64,000 bases of DNA from an uncultured Bacilli bacterium (lineage in GTDB: Bacteria; Bacillota_I; Bacilli_A; RF39; UBA660): contig CAKOWQ010000003.1 in assembly GCA_934122395.1 (NCBI GenBank), positions 37,141 through 101,140 of the forward strand, given 5' to 3'. This document shows positions 1 through 8,761 of the stretch, one piece after another (position 1 is the first letter of the stretch; every line of letters starts with the position of its first letter). The notes beneath the pieces are model-generated. The model worked only from the letters and a program-made list of their open reading frames with translations, had not been told where the DNA came from and did not search any database. Made by a program: the position numbers and the translations under genes.

Positions 1-351
1 GATACTAATGGAGCTTTGGCATCACTAAATTCGGTTGCAAAAATTAATTATACTTGTTATTGCCGTGATGGAGTTTCAAATACATTTTCTATTATTCCTA
101 ATGCTTTGGGTGATAATGAGGTTTCTAGATTAGATAACTTAGTTGATATTTTAGATGGATATTTTATGCAAGGTGCACATCATTTGAATGTAAATGTTTT
201 GACTAGGGAAACATTGATAGATGCTATGGAAAATCCTGAAAAATATCCTTTACTTACCATTAGGGTTTCTGGTTATGCAGTAAGATTTAATCGGTTAACT
301 AGAAAACAGCAAGAGGAAGTAATAAGTAGAACTTTCCATTCAAGGAGATAA
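1..351 (+). CDS. pflB: Formate C-acetyltransferase (pyruvate formate-lyase), C-terminal fragment. The 5' end lies outside the window.
   Basis: Frame 1 is open from base 1. The translation contains the glycyl-radical fingerprint [11 protein letters not shown]. Its activase gene starts 1 nt after the stop. Confidence 0.9.
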   Translation, partial: DTNGALASLNSVAKINYTCYCRDGVSNTFSIIPNALGDNEVSRLDNLVDILDGYFMQGAHHLNVNVLTRETLIDAMENPEKYPLLTIRVSGYAVRFNRLTRKQQEEVISRTFHSRR

Positions 352-352
352 T

Positions 353-1060
353 ATGGTTAAAGGTAGTATTGATTCTATTGAAAGTCTAGGACTTTATGAT
401 GGACCAGGAATAAGGGTAGTTGTCTTTATGAATGGCTGTAAGTTAAGGTGCAAGTATTGTCATAATCCCGAAATGTGGGTAAAACGAAATGATAATATTA
501 CTAGTGATGAACTGGTTGATAAAATAAAAAGGTTTAAGAGTTATATTAAGAATACTGGTGGAGTAACTTTTTCTGGTGGAGAACCTTTACTACAGCCTGA
601 TTTTCTTATAGATTGCTGTAAAAAATTAAAGAAAGAGGGCTTTAATATTGTATTAGATACTGCAGGAGTTGGAGTAGGGAAGTATAATGAGATATTAGAA
701 AATGTTGATTTGATTATTTTTGATGTAAAACATGCTGTTTCTTCTGAATATTTGAAATTAACTGGAACTAATATTGATGAGTCTGAAAAATTTTTAGAAA
801 TAGCAAGATCCATGAATAAAAAGTTTTGGGTACGACAAGTTATAATACCTGGTGTTACTGATAATATCGGTTATATTAAAACTTTGAAAAAATATATAAA
901 CGATAAAATTTCAAATGTAGAAAAGGTAGAGTTTCTTCCGTATCACAAATTAGGACAAGAAAAATATGAAGCTCTAGGCATAGATTATCCATATAAAGAT
1001 AAAAAAGAAATGGATAAAGATGAATGCGAGAAATTATATAAATTATTCCTTGATTTATAG
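353..1060 (+). CDS. pflA: Pyruvate formate-lyase activating enzyme (radical SAM)
   Basis: Has the CKLRCKYCHN (CxxxCxxC) radical-SAM cluster motif and GGVTFSGGEPLLQ. The length of about 235 aa and the position right after pflB both fit. Confidence 0.9.
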   Translation: MVKGSIDSIESLGLYDGPGIRVVVFMNGCKLRCKYCHNPEMWVKRNDNITSDELVDKIKRFKSYIKNTGGVTFSGGEPLLQPDFLIDCCKKLKKEGFNIVLDTAGVGVGKYNEILENVDLIIFDVKHAVSSEYLKLTGTNIDESEKFLEIARSMNKKFWVRQVIIPGVTDNIGYIKTLKKYINDKISNVEKVEFLPYHKLGQEKYEALGIDYPYKDKKEMDKDECEKLYKLFLDL

Positions 1061-1067
1061 CATAAAT

Positions 1068-1090
1068 GGAACTTTAAAGTTCCTTTTTTT
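1068..1090 (+). terminator. Rho-independent terminator after pflA
   Basis: Palindrome ggaacttt/aaagttcc followed by a T7 run. Confidence 0.7.
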
Positions 1091-1125
1091 ATTGTTTTAT
1101 TTTATAATTAGTATAGGTGATGAAG

Positions 1126-1995
1126 ATGCTTTTAGCAAAAGATTGGAAAGAGTATGAAATTATTGATTGTTCTAATGGAGAAAAATTGGAAAGATGGGAT
1201 AACATTAAGTTATTAAGACCCGATCCACAAATCATTTGGGATAATGGAGTTTTGAAAGATAAATATAATGATATTAATGCGATTTATATTAGAAGCAATA
1301 AAGGTGGCGGACATTGGGAAAATTTAAGAAAAACACCTGAACGTTGGATAGTTACATATAAAAATTTGAAATTTAATATTAAACAAATGGGATTCAAACA
1401 TACAGGATTATTTCCTGAACAGGCGGTTAATTGGGATTTTATGATGGATAAGATAGCAAAAAGCAAGAGAAATATTAAAGTTTTGAATCTGTTTGCTTAT
1501 ACTGGTGGCGCTACTGTTGCTTGCTTAAAAGCGGGTGCCAGTGTAGTTCATGTGGATTCTTCGCGTGGTATGGTTGATTGGGCTAAAGAGAATGTATCTT
1601 TATCCAATTTACAAGATAGACCAGTTAGATATATCGTGGATGATGTTGTTAAATTTGTTAAACGCGAAATAAGACGTGGAAACAAATATGATGCAATAGT
1701 TATGGATCCACCTTCATACGGTAGAGGGGCTAATGGTGAAGTTTGGGATATTGAAAAAGACCTTTATCCACTAGTTGAATTATGTATGGAAGTATTAAGT
1801 GATATACCATTATTTTTTATCATTAATTCTTATACTACAGGATTATCTAAAGAAGTATTTACTAATATTTTGAAGAAAACCATAGCAACAAAATATGATG
1901 GTGATATTTATTCTGAAGAGATAGGCTTACCTATAAAAAATAGTGATTTAGTTTTACCTTGTGGAATTTGTAGTAGGTATTCAAGTCATGAATAA
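1126..1995 (+). CDS. Class I SAM-dependent methyltransferase (RlmI/YwbD-like rRNA methyltransferase core, no PUA domain)
   Basis: SAM-binding motif VLNLFAYTGGATVA and the catalytic-region motif IVMDPPSYG. The start could be 1117, 1120 or 1126. I chose 1126 for its spacing to the AGG Shine-Dalgarno at 1115. Confidence 0.7.
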   Translation: MLLAKDWKEYEIIDCSNGEKLERWDNIKLLRPDPQIIWDNGVLKDKYNDINAIYIRSNKGGGHWENLRKTPERWIVTYKNLKFNIKQMGFKHTGLFPEQAVNWDFMMDKIAKSKRNIKVLNLFAYTGGATVACLKAGASVVHVDSSRGMVDWAKENVSLSNLQDRPVRYIVDDVVKFVKREIRRGNKYDAIVMDPPSYGRGANGEVWDIEKDLYPLVELCMEVLSDIPLFFIINSYTTGLSKEVFTNILKKTIATKYDGDIYSEEIGLPIKNSDLVLPCGICSRYSSHE

Positions 1996-2674
1996 TTTAG
2001 ATATTTTGTATGAGGATAATCATATAATTGTAGTAGTAAAACCTAATAATATTTTGAGTCAGAGTGATAACACTAATGATATTGATATGCTTACGATTGT
2101 AAAACAATATATAAAAGAGAAATATAACAAACCTGGGAATGTTTATTTAGGATTAGTTCATAGGCTTGATAGACCAGTAAGTGGAGTAATGGTGTTTGCT
2201 AAAACTTCTAAGGCAGCATCCAGATTATCAAAGCAAGTTCAAAACAAAGAATTTAAGAAAAAATACTTAGCGATTGTTAGAGGAGTAGACATAAATGATA
2301 CTGGAGAGTACGTTGATTATATTGTCAAGCAATCAGATTATAGTAGTAAAGTAGTAGACAAAAATACTGGCAAATATTGTAAACTTATGTATAGTGTTTT
2401 AGAAAGAAATAAAGAACTTAATTTAGCTCTTGTTGATATAGATCTTGAAACTGGAAGGCATCATCAAATAAGAGTTCAATTTGCTCACCATGGCCATGTT
2501 TTATATGGGGATCAACGCTATGGCATACAAGATAAAAAACAGATTTGCTTACATGCATATCATCTTGAATTTTTACATCCTATCTCTAAAGAGAGAATGA
2601 TATTTGAAAAATATCCACTATCTATCGGAATGTGGGCAAAATTTAAAAAATGTCAATCAAATGACAAGCGTTAA
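1988..2674 (+). CDS. RluA-family pseudouridine synthase
   Basis: Catalytic Asp motif HRLDRPVSGV and the ETGRHHQIR motif. The ATG at 1988 overlaps the upstream stop (ATGA), suggesting translational coupling. The 1961 start in the ORF track is probably an over-extension. Confidence 0.85.
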   Translation: MNNLDILYEDNHIIVVVKPNNILSQSDNTNDIDMLTIVKQYIKEKYNKPGNVYLGLVHRLDRPVSGVMVFAKTSKAASRLSKQVQNKEFKKKYLAIVRGVDINDTGEYVDYIVKQSDYSSKVVDKNTGKYCKLMYSVLERNKELNLALVDIDLETGRHHQIRVQFAHHGHVLYGDQRYGIQDKKQICLHAYHLEFLHPISKERMIFEKYPLSIGMWAKFKKCQSNDKR

Positions 2675-2740
2675 AAAGTGTTTGCAATTAATGTCTATTT
2701 TTGATATTATTGGTATAGGATAAATAAGGGAGATGAAAAT

Positions 2741-3928
2741 ATGAATATAACTGAATTCATGGATTTCGATTTTGCTTGGTTTACAACTTTACCAGGAATT
2801 TTAATTACTGGAGGAGTAGTAGTTTTATTGATTGCATTAATTATTTTTATTGCATCTAATAAGAAAGACAAAAAGAACAATGCTCCAGAGGTTGCACAAG
2901 TAGACAATAGTAATTTAAATATGCCAAATGATGGTATGAATATGGGAATGCCACTTAATGATTTTAATAATGGTGTTGATATGAATATGCAAATGGGTAA
3001 TACACCAGTAGCAGATTTTAATAACAATGGATTCAATACTCCTGATATGGGTGCTATGAATCCAGTGGATAATAATATGAATAATATGGACAACATGAAC
3101 AATATGAACAATAATTTTTATGGTCAAGATTTTAACAATGGTATGGCTATGAATAGTATTCCAACTATTAATAATTCAGAAGTGCCTAATTATAATTCAG
3201 CTACTCCAACGAATGTAGTTGATTTTACAGCTCCAGTAACACCTGAACCATTATCAGTTAATAATGATTTTAATACTGTTAATCAAAATGTTGAAATGAA
3301 TAATCAAAATAACACTGTGGTTCCAAGTGTTGAAGTACCAACAGTTCCTAGCTATAATGAAAATGTAAATATGGATAATTCTAGTGTTGCATCGGTAACT
3401 TATCCTGAAGTTAATGTTGCTCCAGTAGAAATGTCAGCAACACCTGAACCAGTAGTACAACAACCTGAAGTTGTAGCACAACCTATGTCTGCAGCACCAG
3501 AGCCAACTACTTCTGTTGAAGTTAAGCCCTCAATATATGGAGGAGTGGATCCAGCTAACATAGCGCCAGCACATCATGAAGTAAAACCAGTTATATATGG
3601 TGGTGCTGATCCGTTAGAACATACATCAACATTACCTACAATGACACATGAAGCATATAATATACCAACTCCAGTGGCTCCTGTTGCACCAGCTCCAGTA
3701 GAAATGCCAGCAGTGCCAGAAGAACCAGTGGTACAACAACCTGAAGTTGTAGCTCCACAACCTATGCCAGCAGCACCAGAACCAGTTATGCCTAGTGTAA
3801 TGCCAGCGGTTGAACCTGCTGTATCACCAATGCCAATGACAGGTGCTGAGATGTTTAATACTAGTGATAACAATGGTAACAATGAAGTGCCTAGTGGAGA
3901 TAGTGAAATAGAAACATTAGAATTTTAA
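2741..3928 (+). CDS. Membrane-anchored, Asn/Met/Pro-rich low-complexity protein with an internally duplicated Pro-rich module
   Basis: Has an N-terminal TM helix (LPGILITGGVVVLLIALIIFIA). This is followed by an N/M-rich segment and two copies of PVEM.A.PEPVVQQPEVVA.QPM.AAPEP. SD ggga lies upstream and a strong terminator downstream. Confidence 0.6.
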   Translation: MNITEFMDFDFAWFTTLPGILITGGVVVLLIALIIFIASNKKDKKNNAPEVAQVDNSNLNMPNDGMNMGMPLNDFNNGVDMNMQMGNTPVADFNNNGFNTPDMGAMNPVDNNMNNMDNMNNMNNNFYGQDFNNGMAMNSIPTINNSEVPNYNSATPTNVVDFTAPVTPEPLSVNNDFNTVNQNVEMNNQNNTVVPSVEVPTVPSYNENVNMDNSSVASVTYPEVNVAPVEMSATPEPVVQQPEVVAQPMSAAPEPTTSVEVKPSIYGGVDPANIAPAHHEVKPVIYGGADPLEHTSTLPTMTHEAYNIPTPVAPVAPAPVEMPAVPEEPVVQQPEVVAPQPMPAAPEPVMPSVMPAVEPAVSPMPMTGAEMFNTSDNNGNNEVPSGDSEIETLEF

Positions 3929-3949
3929 AAGGCCGTCGGCCTTTTTTTT
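3927..3949 (+). terminator. Rho-independent terminator
   Basis: Hairpin aaaaggcc-gtc-ggcctttt followed by a T-run. Confidence 0.8.
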
Positions 3950-4015
3950 ATTAAAAATATTTTTGAATATGTTATAATAGAATTATATTGAGAATAAACG
4001 TAGGAGATGTTAGAC

Positions 4016-5728
4016 ATGTTTGGTAAGAAAAAGAAACCATATGCCCCTTGGGAAAAGTATTATACAAAGGAAGAATTAAATATTAAAGTTCCATCAATTT
4101 CAATATATCAAGAAATAGAACAAGCAGCACAGAAGTATGCAAATTGTATTGCACTAGAATATATGGGAAAAAATATTACATATAGACAATTTTTACAATT
4201 AATTGATAGATGTGCTAGATCATTTTTGCAAATGGGATTTGGTGAAGGAGACATTATAACTATTTGTATGCCTAATACTCCAGAAACCCTGATAAGCTTT
4301 TATGCAATCAATAAAATAGGTGCCATTGCTAATATGATTCATCCTTTATCTAGTGAAGAAGAAATAAAGAATTATTTAAAGGAAACTGATAGTACGGCAT
4401 TTATTATGATTGATATATGCTATGAGAAGGTAAGAAATATTATAGATGATACTACTGTTAAGAAAACAATTGTTGTATCAGCAAGAAATTCTATGCCAAT
4501 GTTATTGGGAATAGGGTATATAGTTACTAAGGGATATAAAGTAAAGAAACCTAGACGTAACGATAAGTATATTTATTGGAATGAATTTATGTTAAAAGGA
4601 TATTTATACAGAACTCCGGTTGTAGTTAAATCTAATCCTTCTACACCTTCAGTAATTTTACATAGTGGTGGAACTACAGGAAATCCTAAGGGAATATTGC
4701 TATCCGATTATAATTTCAATGCTTTGGTTATACAAACAGGTACTATTTTTAAAAAATTAACTCCTGGTGATTCTTTATTAAACATTTTGCCTAACTTTCA
4801 CGGATTTGGATTAGGCGTTTCAATGCATTTTCCACTTTCTATTGGCTTAAAACTTGTATTGATTCCTCAATTTAATGCTAAAAAGTTAGATGAATTAATA
4901 GTTAGATATAAACCCGCTGTATTAACAGGTGTACCAACATTATATGAAGCTATGATGACAAATGCTGGAATGCGTCATGTTGATTTATCTTGTTTAAAGT
5001 ATGTGGTTTCAGGTGGTGATTCTTTATCGGTTGCGATGGCTGATAGATTAAATAAATTTTTAGTTGAACATGGTGCTAATGTTAAGGTACTTCAAGGATA
5101 TGGTATGACTGAAAGTTTAGCAGCTACCGCGGTATCACATGGTGAAAGTTATCGTGAGGGTAGTATTGGTATACCATTCCCTGGAAATTATTTTAAAATG
5201 GTATATCCTGGGACACAAGATGAAGTGCCAATCGGTGAAGAAGGCGAAATATGTGTTTGTGGCCCTACAGTTATGATTGGTTATTTAAATAATGAAAAGG
5301 AAACAAATGAAGTTTTACAAAGGCATAAAGATAAAAATATTTGGTTACATACTGGTGACATAGGATGCATGGATGAAAATGGTATTTTATATTTTAAACA
5401 AAGATTAAAGAGAATGATTATTTCATCTGGATATAATGTTTATCCACAACATATAGAAAGTGTTATAGAAGAACATGAAGCTGTTTTAAATTGTACGGTT
5501 GTGGGTATTCCTCATCCATATAAGGTAGAGGTTGCTAAGGCTTATATAGTTTTAAAAGATGAATATAAAGCCAAGAGAAGCGTTAAAAAAAGTATTGAAG
5601 AACATTGCAAGAAAAATTTAGCAAAGTATTCAATACCATATGAATATGAATATCGTGAAGCCTTACCTAAAACGTTATTAGGTAAAGTTAATTATAGAGA
5701 GTTAGAAAAAGAAAATGGGAAGGACTGA
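4016..5728 (+). CDS. AMP-dependent acyl-CoA/acyl-ACP ligase (long-chain fatty acid ligase family), paralog 1
   Basis: Adenylate-forming motifs HSGGTTGNPKG, GYGMTES, TGDIGCMDENG and PKTLLGKVNYREL. The ATG at 4016 sits 9 nt after GGAG; the ATG at 4007 abuts the SD. Confidence 0.85.
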   Translation: MFGKKKKPYAPWEKYYTKEELNIKVPSISIYQEIEQAAQKYANCIALEYMGKNITYRQFLQLIDRCARSFLQMGFGEGDIITICMPNTPETLISFYAINKIGAIANMIHPLSSEEEIKNYLKETDSTAFIMIDICYEKVRNIIDDTTVKKTIVVSARNSMPMLLGIGYIVTKGYKVKKPRRNDKYIYWNEFMLKGYLYRTPVVVKSNPSTPSVILHSGGTTGNPKGILLSDYNFNALVIQTGTIFKKLTPGDSLLNILPNFHGFGLGVSMHFPLSIGLKLVLIPQFNAKKLDELIVRYKPAVLTGVPTLYEAMMTNAGMRHVDLSCLKYVVSGGDSLSVAMADRLNKFLVEHGANVKVLQGYGMTESLAATAVSHGESYREGSIGIPFPGNYFKMVYPGTQDEVPIGEEGEICVCGPTVMIGYLNNEKETNEVLQRHKDKNIWLHTGDIGCMDENGILYFKQRLKRMIISSGYNVYPQHIESVIEEHEAVLNCTVVGIPHPYKVEVAKAYIVLKDEYKAKRSVKKSIEEHCKKNLAKYSIPYEYEYREALPKTLLGKVNYRELEKENGKD

Positions 5729-5732
5729 TAAA

Positions 5733-6335
5733 ATGGAAAGGGTAAAAGTACCTTTAGGTTATAAAATCGCAAGAGGTGTTTTAGGACCTATATTTAAACT
5801 ATATTATCATCCTACTGTTATTGGAAAAGAAAATATCCCAAAGGATGGAGCTATTATAGTTTGTGGTAATCATAAGCATTTATATGATCAATGTCTTCCA
5901 ATAGTTTCTACTAAAAGGTTTTTAAGATATATGGCCAAAAAAGAATATTTTGATGGCAAAACTGCTTGGTTTTTTAAATGGGTTGGATGTATTCCTGTTA
6001 ATAGAAGCATAAAGGATACGGATGCCAAAGATTGTGCAATAGAACATTTAAAAAAGGGTGGAGCTATTGGTATCTTCCCAGAAGGTACTAGAAATAGAAC
6101 TAAGGAATTTTTGCTTCCCTTTAAATATGGAGCAGTGTCAATGGCTCAAAAAACAGGAGCTAAGATAGTTCCTTTTGGAATAACTGGTGACTATAAATTT
6201 AGAAGCAAGAACCTAACTGCAAGGTTTGGTGTTCCGTTTGAGGTACCAAGTGATATGCCTTTAGAAGAAGCTAATGAAAAATTGGAAAAAGCTATTGGCG
6301 ACCTTATGAAAGAGAGTTTAAAGCAAAAAAAATAA
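5733..6335 (+). CDS. plsC: 1-acyl-sn-glycerol-3-phosphate (lysophospholipid) acyltransferase family
   Basis: HX4D motif (GNHKHLYD) and FPEGTR motif. The ATG at 5733 has SD ggaagga inside the end of the ligase gene. An alternative ATG at 5715 would overlap the ligase by 14 nt. Confidence 0.8.
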   Translation: MERVKVPLGYKIARGVLGPIFKLYYHPTVIGKENIPKDGAIIVCGNHKHLYDQCLPIVSTKRFLRYMAKKEYFDGKTAWFFKWVGCIPVNRSIKDTDAKDCAIEHLKKGGAIGIFPEGTRNRTKEFLLPFKYGAVSMAQKTGAKIVPFGITGDYKFRSKNLTARFGVPFEVPSDMPLEEANEKLEKAIGDLMKESLKQKK

Positions 6336-6351
6336 CGGGTTATATGACTCG

Positions 6352-6771
6352 TTATTTTTGTAACATATTTAATAAATTGACTTTAAACATATCTTTTTCT
6401 GGATTAGATTTAGAAATCATAACCCCTTTATAAGTACCTAACTCAGCTCTATGACCTTCATCTAATATTCCTTCAGGAGTAATATTAGTAAGTAAGATTA
6501 TATGTTTATCTTCATAAACTGTATAATGTAATCTGATTTCACCATGGACTTTAGCAAATAATTCATCAGTAGGTAATTTTAATTCATATGATTTAGAATT
6601 TTCTTTTTTATTAACAGCTACTAATTCACCTAAGAAGCTACCGTTTCTTATTTCTGGATAATATTCAAAAGTTAGTTTTTTATATGCTAACATGTTGTAT
6701 TTTCTTACTGTTCTTTCTTTTTTTCTAAAGTCGTTTTCATTTTGGTACTCAAAAATATATGATTGTTTCAT
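6352..6771 (-). CDS. Hypothetical protein (about 139 aa), downstream of spoVS
   Basis: The ORF is in the track. I shortened it to the internal Met (MKQSYIFEY...), which is preceded by aaagggg. No motif I recognise. Confidence 0.45.
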   Translation of the reverse strand: MKQSYIFEYQNENDFRKKERTVRKYNMLAYKKLTFEYYPEIRNGSFLGELVAVNKKENSKSYELKLPTDELFAKVHGEIRLHYTVYEDKHIILLTNITPEGILDEGHRAELGTYKGVMISKSNPEKDMFKVNLLNMLQK

Positions 6772-6893
6772 ATTTAATTCAACCCCTTTTCCCTGAAATC
6801 TCGAACCCCTATTTTCGAAGATGTTTGTATTATAGCATATTATCCTTGATTTGTCAACTTTTTGTTTGTTTTGTAGCTTTTTCTTCAATCTTA

Positions 6894-7154
6894 TTATCTT
6901 GCTTCTACGATTAATTTTATAGCAGTTCTTTCTTCGCCATCTATTACAATATCAGTGAAAGCAGGTATACAAACTAAGTTTTTACCTGAAGGCGCTACAA
7001 ATCCTCTTGCTATAGCTATTGCTTTTATTGCTTGATTTAGGGCTCCTGCTCCAATCGCTTGTATTTCTACGCTGCCTTTTTCTCTAAAAACATTTGCTAA
7101 TGCTCCTGCTACTGAATTAGGGTTAGATTTTGTTGAAACTTTTAATGTTTCCAT
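6894..7154 (-). CDS. spoVS: Stage V sporulation protein S
   Basis: An 86-aa protein, METLKVSTKSNPNSVAGALA...IQAIGAGALNQAIKAIAIARGF...ERTAIKL. This closely matches the highly conserved SpoVS sequence. Confidence 0.92.
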   Translation of the reverse strand: METLKVSTKSNPNSVAGALANVFREKGSVEIQAIGAGALNQAIKAIAIARGFVAPSGKNLVCIPAFTDIVIDGEERTAIKLIVEAR

Positions 7155-7231
7155 AATTGATTCATTCCTCTCTTTCTTTTATTAAACTTTATGCGAGAAA
7201 AAGGTAATTAGAATAAAAAGAAGCGGTATAG

Positions 7232-7260
7232 TTGAAAATGATTGAGAAAAAGTATATAAT
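7232..7260 (+). promoter_or_regulatory. Candidate sigma-A promoter for the pilin gene
   Basis: TTGAAA, 17-nt spacer, TATAAT, located 24 nt upstream of the ATG at 7284. Confidence 0.4.
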
Positions 7261-7283
7261 TTTTATATTAGGAGGCTATGTTT

Positions 7284-8072
7284 ATGAACAAAAAAGGTTT
7301 TACTTTAATTGAACTTTTAGCTGTAGTTGTAATTCTGGGAGTAATTATGACAATTGCAATACCAAATGTTTTATCTACATTGGATAGAAATAAGAAAAAT
7401 ACTTTTATTGAAAATGCTAAAACTATGGTTACACAGGCAGAATATACTTTAAGGAAAGATGATAATGTTGAATTTCCTGGTGAAAAGGGAACTGCCGTTT
7501 TATTAACACTTGAATATTTAAATACTGATGATGTTTCTACTTCACCTTACAACACTAAGTACAGTCCAAGTAAATCATTTGTAGTTATAGTTAATTCTTC
7601 AACTAATGATGGTAAGATAGGCGATGTAAATGGTGACGGTATTACTGATGAAAAGGATGTAGATATGATAAGGCAAGTTCTAACTGGTGGGCAAGTTAGT
7701 TTTACTGAGGAACAAAGAGTTATTGCTGATGCTAATGGAGATGGAGAACTAGATACTAAAGATATATATTATATAAGACGATACATTTCTTCTGGAGACA
7801 TTATCAAGTATGATTATTATGTTCATTTAGTAGCTTGTACAGATTTGGATTGTGCAAATACGGAAGATAATTCAGTTAATAGGAATAGAGGAATTAACTT
7901 AATGCCTTCAAAGGATTTATCAGGAAGTAACAAATATAGTTATGTCAAGGAAGGACCTGATGTAACTGTCTCTTTAGGATTAATTAATAGTGATGGAGCA
8001 TTAGTTAGCGAAGATGAAATAAAAGCAATAACAGGTGCTACTGATATTAAAGTTTTTAATAAATTAGATTAA
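7284..8072 (+). CDS. Type IV pilin/pseudopilin-like protein with an internal dockerin-like module
   Basis: Prepilin class III signal MNKKGFTLIELLAVVVILGVIM (G|F cleavage site, Glu+5). Residues about 115-173 carry two Ca-loop plus helix repeats: DVNGDGITDEKDVDMIRQVLTG and DANGDGELDTKDIYYIRRYISSG. AGGAGG lies 9 nt upstream of the ATG at 7284. Confidence 0.8.
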   Translation: MNKKGFTLIELLAVVVILGVIMTIAIPNVLSTLDRNKKNTFIENAKTMVTQAEYTLRKDDNVEFPGEKGTAVLLTLEYLNTDDVSTSPYNTKYSPSKSFVVIVNSSTNDGKIGDVNGDGITDEKDVDMIRQVLTGGQVSFTEEQRVIADANGDGELDTKDIYYIRRYISSGDIIKYDYYVHLVACTDLDCANTEDNSVNRNRGINLMPSKDLSGSNKYSYVKEGPDVTVSLGLINSDGALVSEDEIKAITGATDIKVFNKLD

Positions 8073-8138
8073 AAAAAATTGACTAACATATTAAATTATG
8101 ATAGTATTTAGTTATAATAATAAGGAGGATAAAATAAA

Positions 8139-8696
8139 ATGAAAAAGTTAAACAAAAAGGGATTTACTTTAATTGAACTTTTGGCAGTTATCATTATTTT
8201 AGGAGTACTTTTACTTATCGCTGTTCCAAGTGTTAGTAAATATATTCAACAATCACGTGAGAAAACATACGTAACTAACTTATCTAAGATTGTTGATGCT
8301 GTTAGTACAGAAGTAAACTCATATTCTGGTGATTATACTTTCAATACTAAAGAATATTTGGTGGTACCAATTGTGTGTGTAGAATTAGAAAGAGGTAGTA
8401 GTGAAAAATCTCCATTCTCTAATTACTTACCATTGCAATCTTATGTAGTTGTTACAAGAAATGAATCTAATGGATTTGATTATCGAGTTACAGCTTTGGA
8501 TGAAACAGGTTATGGAGTTAAATTGGCTAAATCTGATGCTGCATCAGTTGTTAAAGATGCAACACCAGCAGCAATTACTAAAACTACAACTGCTGATGGA
8601 AAAAGCGTATATTCATTATCTTTATCAGATATGGGTGAATTAACAGCTAAAGTTATTACACCTGGATCTACTTGTGAATCTAAATTAGGAGCTTAG
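8139..8696 (+). CDS. Type IV pilin/pseudopilin-like protein
   Basis: Prepilin signal MKKLNKKGFTLIELLAVIIILGVLLLIAVPS. SD aaggagg lies upstream and a strong terminator downstream. Confidence 0.85.
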   Translation: MKKLNKKGFTLIELLAVIIILGVLLLIAVPSVSKYIQQSREKTYVTNLSKIVDAVSTEVNSYSGDYTFNTKEYLVVPIVCVELERGSSEKSPFSNYLPLQSYVVVTRNESNGFDYRVTALDETGYGVKLAKSDAASVVKDATPAAITKTTTADGKSVYSLSLSDMGELTAKVITPGSTCESKLGA

Positions 8697-8706
8697 TGAT
8701 GAATTA

Positions 8707-8735
8707 AAACTTAAGTATTTTACTTAAGTTTTTTT
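8707..8735 (+). terminator. Rho-independent terminator after the second pilin gene
   Basis: An 11-bp stem aaacttaagta/tacttaagttt with a ttt loop, followed by a T-run. Confidence 0.85.
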
Positions 8736-8761
8736 GTGGTAAAATATTTATAGGTGATTAT

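Noticed and set aside
541-813. Antisense ORF (90 aa) inside pflA. Other ORFs of the same kind are 1284-1466(-), 2707-3111(-), 2915-3127(-), 3574-3882(-), 8449-8643(+), 17008-17292(-), 18258-18443(-) and 22757-22960(-).
   Set aside because: Each lies wholly within a well-supported gene, on the opposite strand or in another frame. The translations are low-complexity (Leu/Ile/Ser/Phe-rich), as expected from AT-rich antisense sequence, and none has an SD.
6772-6888. A 39-codon N-terminal extension of the ORF downstream of spoVS.
   Set aside because: The extension is Lys/Asn-rich with no SD and would start 5 nt from the spoVS stop. An extended -10-like element (TGcTATAAT on the minus strand, at about 6833-6841) and an SD precede the internal Met at 6771. 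The call remains uncertain.
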